In this document: positions 56,932 to 64,000 of the stretch, in pieces
Layout of the letters: every line of letters starts with the position of its first letter
How positions within the stretch are numbered: the stretch's first letter is position 1
Assembly: GCF_009914755.1 (NCBI RefSeq)
Contig: NC_060935.1
Origin: the human T2T-CHM13v2.0 reference genome, Homo sapiens
Strand: one strand, 5' to 3'
DNA length: 64,000 nt
Translations under genes and position numbers: made by a program
Notes under the pieces: generated by a model
Databases searched by the model: none
What the model was told of the DNA's origin: nothing
What the model saw: the letters and a program-made list of their open reading frames with translations, nothing else

Positions 56932-57454
56932 CTGTGGGGGAGAGAGACTCAAGAAGGGCAAATGCTTCTTGCTACACTGTCACCACACCCAGGGACCTCT
57001 CAGCTACCAGGCTGTCCCAGATAACGCCCCAGGGTTCTGTGACTAGACAGTAAGTGTAAGACACTGGCTTACAGAGACAGGCCAGAATTGAAGCCTGAGC
57101 TTTGCAAGAATAAACAGAGTCTCAAGAACTCTTATCTTAGTAAGTCCCTCAGGGCTACAAGACCCCTCTGCATCCCCCAGTTTTCCTCCTTTTATCCTCC
57201 ATCATGCAAATAGAAAAATAAAGCAGTTCAGTCAAACTTAAATGAACCATGATGCAAAGATCTTAGGGGAAAACAAAATGTTCAGCTATCAGAAGAGGCT
57301 GTCTTAAAGCAACTGTCCTGATGGGGGAAGTTTTTTTCAAAATGTACATGCGGAGAACTAATTCCATAGGTCTGTGATAGAGCCTAGGGAAAGGCATTTT
57401 GAAAAAAACTCCTTAGATAATTCTACTGAGCTCCCCTGATTAAGAAGCATGAGT

Positions 57455-58167
<713 letters not shown>

Positions 58168-58555
58168 TTAGCACGCCCTAAAGAGACCAGTCAGGACTGG
58201 AACCTGGGACACAAGGAGGGATTTGGACCCAGAATTCTGAGGCCCATCTCAAGACTCCCAACACGAAATACCCTCACTCCACTTTCTTTAAGGTCTTGCC
58301 TACAGAGAACACAAGCCAAATTCAATTATTTCCTAATGTACACACTGTCTTCCTGGGTTAGACTGTGAGCCCTTTGGGGGAGTGGAGGAGATAGGTGATA
58401 TCTTCTCCCTTTCTGACCCCCTGTCTGTCACAGTGTGCTGCTCACCACCACTGCTCGGTAAACGTTGATGAGTCCCCTGCAGGGTTGGTAGGGCACTGAA
58501 ACGGGCAGGGTTGGAGGTTGGAGGCACCCAGTCTTCCACCTGGTTGTTCACCTAC

Positions 58556-58827
58556 CTTGAGAGGCATCTGGTTTCCCTTCTCTATCCGGCTGCTCTGCAG
58601 GCTCAGCCCTTTCTCTTTCCGCCTCTTTTTCATCAGTTCTCGCTGCTCCTTCTGCTTGTTCTGAACCTCAATAAGCACCGTGATAAAGGAGTTCTTCACT
58701 TCCTTCTCAAACTCCAGCTCGTCCCGGCGGGCCAGCTGCTGCACCAGCTCCTCCGAGAAGTCACGGATGGCACCCTCCACCTGGTCCAGCAGCTCGGTCA
58801 GCTCAGACCCAGACATGTGCCTCAGCC
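58556..58827 (-). CDS. FEZ1: FEZ1 coding exon, coiled coil (LRHMSGSELTELLDQVE...RRDELEFEKEVKNSFI...QMPLK)
   Basis: cctgcag acceptor and gtagg donor. 272 nt, phase 1/0. Conserved UNC-76 coiled-coil motif. Confidence 0.97.
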
Positions 58828-59622
58828 CTGCAGGGGAAGACCGTCTCCCGCATAACACCTGCATCCACACCAGAGCCCGCTGGGGAGGCTCCTGGGGCCA
58901 CCACCAATCAAGATGGGACTGCCCCTCAGAGGAGATCCCTTCCAACTCCTTAAAGATCCAAGAAAGACCTTCACAATTTACGAGCACGCCAGGAAGGCGG
59001 GGGCCTGTGTACTGACTGCAGAAGAGAACACCCCTCTCAGGAAACAAAGGAGGAAGAAGAAACAGCCCACGAGGAAGTCTGTGGACTCTATTCTCAAAAA
59101 TGGGGATGGTTTGTTCCTTCTATTTTCTATCTGTGTCCATAAGATTCCTTGTGTGAAATGGGTCAAGAATTGGGGATGGAAAAGTGATGGGAGGGAGGTT
59201 TTTGTCATCCATACTGAAGAGCAATAGAGACGTTGGTGCTTATTCCCAAGAACTGATCAAGATATAGCATACGGCAACAACAACAAAAAAGCCGACCATC
59301 TGAGCCCTTCTTTACATCTCTGGTCCTGTGTCGCAGTGCATGTATTCAAAAATATGTGAAACCTGGAAGATTGGTGACTATGCATGAAAAAATAAAGCCT
59401 AGCGGGTTAGCATACGGCAGTCAGCTACTTTCAAAGGAAAGAAAAGGGAAGCTGAGATCATGGGAAATATATAACTTTAAGAAGTCTCCTAAGACTTCTT
59501 TCATTTAAAATAGATTTGGATATTTTATTCCAAATTTTTCTGTTTACATGTTATATATTTTCATAGTTGAGATTATACTTGTATACAGGTCTAAATCATG
59601 CTTTAAAACTTTATACACTTTA

Positions 59623-60230
<608 letters not shown>

Positions 60231-60334
60231 AATTTGAAAAAATAAAATATACTTGGGAAACATCTTTTAAAATGTGTCTCCATCTAATGGTATCTTTTTG
60301 CGGCAGGGGAGGAAGAATTAATTGATTGACTGGT

Positions 60335-60521
60335 TTTTAATTTTTAATTTTTGTGGGTACATAGGGGGTGTATGTGTTTATGGAGCACATGAGATGTTTG
60401 GATGCAGACATGCAATGCATAATAATCACATCATGGAGAATGAGGTATCCACTCCCTAAGGCATTTTTCCTTTATGTCACAAACAATCCAATTATACTCT
60501 TTTAGTTATTTTCAAATGTAC
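60335..60521 (-). mobile_element. L1 (L1MA/PB-like) 3' end
   Basis: tttttgtgggtacatag...aataatcacatcatggagaatg...acaaacaatccaattatactcttttagttatttt. Confidence 0.8.
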
Positions 60522-61211
60522 AGCGTCTAATGGTGTCCTTCACTTTCACCTCAGAATCCATTTCCCTCTTCCTCTTTGTTTCTGCTTTGCCCGGATATTT
60601 GCTGACTTGGTTGGGCTTTCCCCTTATTCTGCTCTTTGGAGCTGCCCTCTCCCCCTTCTGTTTTTTTGCCATTTCACTCTGCATTTCAGCTGTTTTCACA
60701 AGTCTTTTGCTGAACGCGTCTATCTTTGGGACCTTTGTGTGGCTGGGAAGGGCCTGACAAGGGCAGTCGGGAATGCAGCGAGGCAGCCAAGTCCAGTTCA
60801 GCACCGAGCAGACTCTCTGCCGGCCACCTCCTGCCGCTGCTATTCAAAGCCAAAGTCTGACTTGCAGGATGCAGGCCTCCAGATTCTGCCTCTGCTTTCA
60901 CCACTTCTAACCCGCAGTTGACCTTTGAACCCTGACCAACCCACCTTCTCCCTCCCCTGTTTCTAAGTTCCCATCTCCCCATGGGTGGATCAACTCCTAG
61001 GATGGGGCCCCTTCTGCAGCGTGGGCATTTGATACCCTACGGCTGGTGAATTGTTCTGCCTTTGCTGTGTTACACTTTTTCATTTCATGCTTCATCCAGC
61101 CGTTTCTTGTGCACAGTCATAATTACTATAAACCTGTGTCAGAGAGTTAAGAGGATGGCCTCTGGAGTTAACCTACCTGGCTTCAAATGTTAGCTTCACC
61201 CCTTATGGCTT

Positions 61212-62417
<1,206 letters not shown>

Positions 62418-62523
62418 GTGGCCTTGGACAAGTCATGTAACCTCTGAAAGACTCAGTTAGCTTGATCCAAATGGGGTTGGTGTGAAGATGAAATGAGATT
62501 AGGCATAGGAAGTCTTAGAATAA

Positions 62524-62826
62524 GGCCAGGCGCAGTGGCTCACACTTGTAATCCCAGCACTTTGGGAGGCTGAGGCAGGCAGATCACTTGAGGCCAGGAG
62601 TTTGAGACCAGCCTTGCCAACATGGCGAAACCTCGTCTCTACAAAAATACACAAATTAGCAGGGCGTGGTGGCACGTGCCTGTAGTCCCAACTACTCAGG
62701 AGGCTGAGGCTTGAGAATCACTTCAACCTGGGAGGTGGAGGTTGCAGTGAGCTAAGACCATGCCGCTACACTCCAGCCTGGGTGACAGACAGAGAGAGAC
62801 TCTGTCTCAAAAAAAAAAGAAAGAAA
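62524..62826 (+). mobile_element. Alu (J/S-like) inserted in a MIR, TSD aagtcttagaataa
   Basis: Full Alu; MIR tail (tggcacatag...tgttactatta) resumes after it. Confidence 0.9.
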
Positions 62827-63206
62827 GTCTTAGAATAAGGTCTGGCACATAGAAAGCACTTCAGAAATATGAGCTGTTACTATTACCTTTTTTATTCATT
62901 GATTTTATGGTAGCATCATTCATTGCTTTTATATAGTAGTTCAGATTTCTTCTGCTTATTCTGCCTTAGTCTTGTTCTTTGGTTAGTTTTAACATTTAAA
63001 TTTTGCTCGACTACCTTGTTCTTTTCTCAAAAATGCAAACTTCTCTCCTGATGCCGAGTAAGAAAGGTATTGCTGACCACCTAGATCTGCAAGGCTCTGC
63101 TCTGAGGCAGTCAGGGTTCTATTAGCCATGTACAAAGCACACAGCCCAGAGCCTGGCCCCGAGCAGGTGCTTCCTCCTCGGCCAGCCCAGCGCCCAGGGC
63201 CCTCAC

Positions 63207-63375
63207 CTTCATAGGACCAGTTGTTGTTGAAGGTCTGTGTCAATGCCTGCATCTCCTGCAGGAGGACCGAGTCTGCCTGGGAGGAAGTTTCTCCTCCATC
63301 CTCTTCTTCCAGAACCTCCTCTTCTTCCTCAGGGTCTGGGGAGTTCTGCATCATTTCCTCAATCTCCTCAATTAC
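63207..63375 (-). CDS. FEZ1: FEZ1 coding exon (VIEEIEEMMQNSPDPEEEEE...NNWSYE-G)
   Basis: ttcag acceptor and gtgagg donor on the - strand. 169 nt, phase 0/1. UNC-76/FEZ family peptide. Upstream exons lie outside the window. Confidence 0.96.
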
Positions 63376-64000
63376 CTGAAGAAGGTACACGAGAGAGTGC
63401 TAACTCTGTTCTCTGCTAGAGGGGCATTCTGGCTTGAATTTTGATCAGTTAAGGATGTTCCTAATTAGCTATCTGAAAATTTCTAAAGCAATATTGTTTT
63501 TACATAAATACTGAATAATAAAAATAGTTCCAACCAAAGGCTTGCATACACTCTTTCTTTAATGTAAGGCACTCTTTAATGTAAAACCTCTTCCAAGAGC
63601 CCCTTTTAGATAAATGACTTATTGGAAATAAGCTGCTCTTTCAGGAAGCAAGGCAGAGCTGCCTGGAAGGGAACATTTACTTCAATGTGCTGAGCTATTT
63701 CTAAGTGGGAAAATATTTCATTCACCCAACTTTAACACAAAACCCAGTCCATTAATTGACATAATACACGTGACTGTAAAAAATAGCGTGCTCCTAGAAC
63801 AACACAAAATGGGGAGGAAAACAACTATTTCTCCAGAATTCACCTAGACAGGAACTGAAGCTGCCCAGCAACAAATGAAAATAGAGATAATGAAATAATA
63901 GAAGGATAGGTGGAGTCTAGAGAGCAGCAAATAGATAAGAACCCCAGCTCTAATCTAGACTATTGACAGGAGCCAGCTCCCAGAAGTGGAGGGAAAATTA

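Overview
This window is human-like (primate) genomic DNA, not prokaryotic. It holds the 3' portions of two convergent neural genes. On the + strand are the last seven coding exons and 3' UTR of the TALE homeobox gene PKNOX2 (PREP2), 573-~36085. On the - strand are the last six coding exons and 3' UTR of FEZ1, ~48455-63375. All 13 exons were traced by hand, with AG/GT boundaries and consistent splice phases. The introns and the ~12 kb intergenic gap carry about 25 Alu/FLAM elements (one young AluYa-type), MIR, L1, L2, CR1, MER2 and MER5/Charlie remnants, a probable LTR and microsatellites. Nearly all other ORFs in the track look spurious. The main structures the genes do not explain are: (1) a degenerate ~120-bp higher-order repeat at 40.5-40.9 kb with six perfect, co-oriented TAATGARAT (POU/Oct-1) motifs, plus an octamer/MORE/SOX module at 44.5 kb; (2) a cluster of RFX X-boxes in and beside PKNOX2 coding exons, including a perfect 16-bp palindrome inside a CDS; (3) several short non-tandem local duplications that look like templated insertions into old repeats; (4) a recent 125-bp tandem duplication and a 49-bp VNTR; (5) a switch in Alu orientation that brackets internal FEZ1 exons (circRNA candidate). 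The functional roles are inferences; no new system can be demonstrated from sequence alone.
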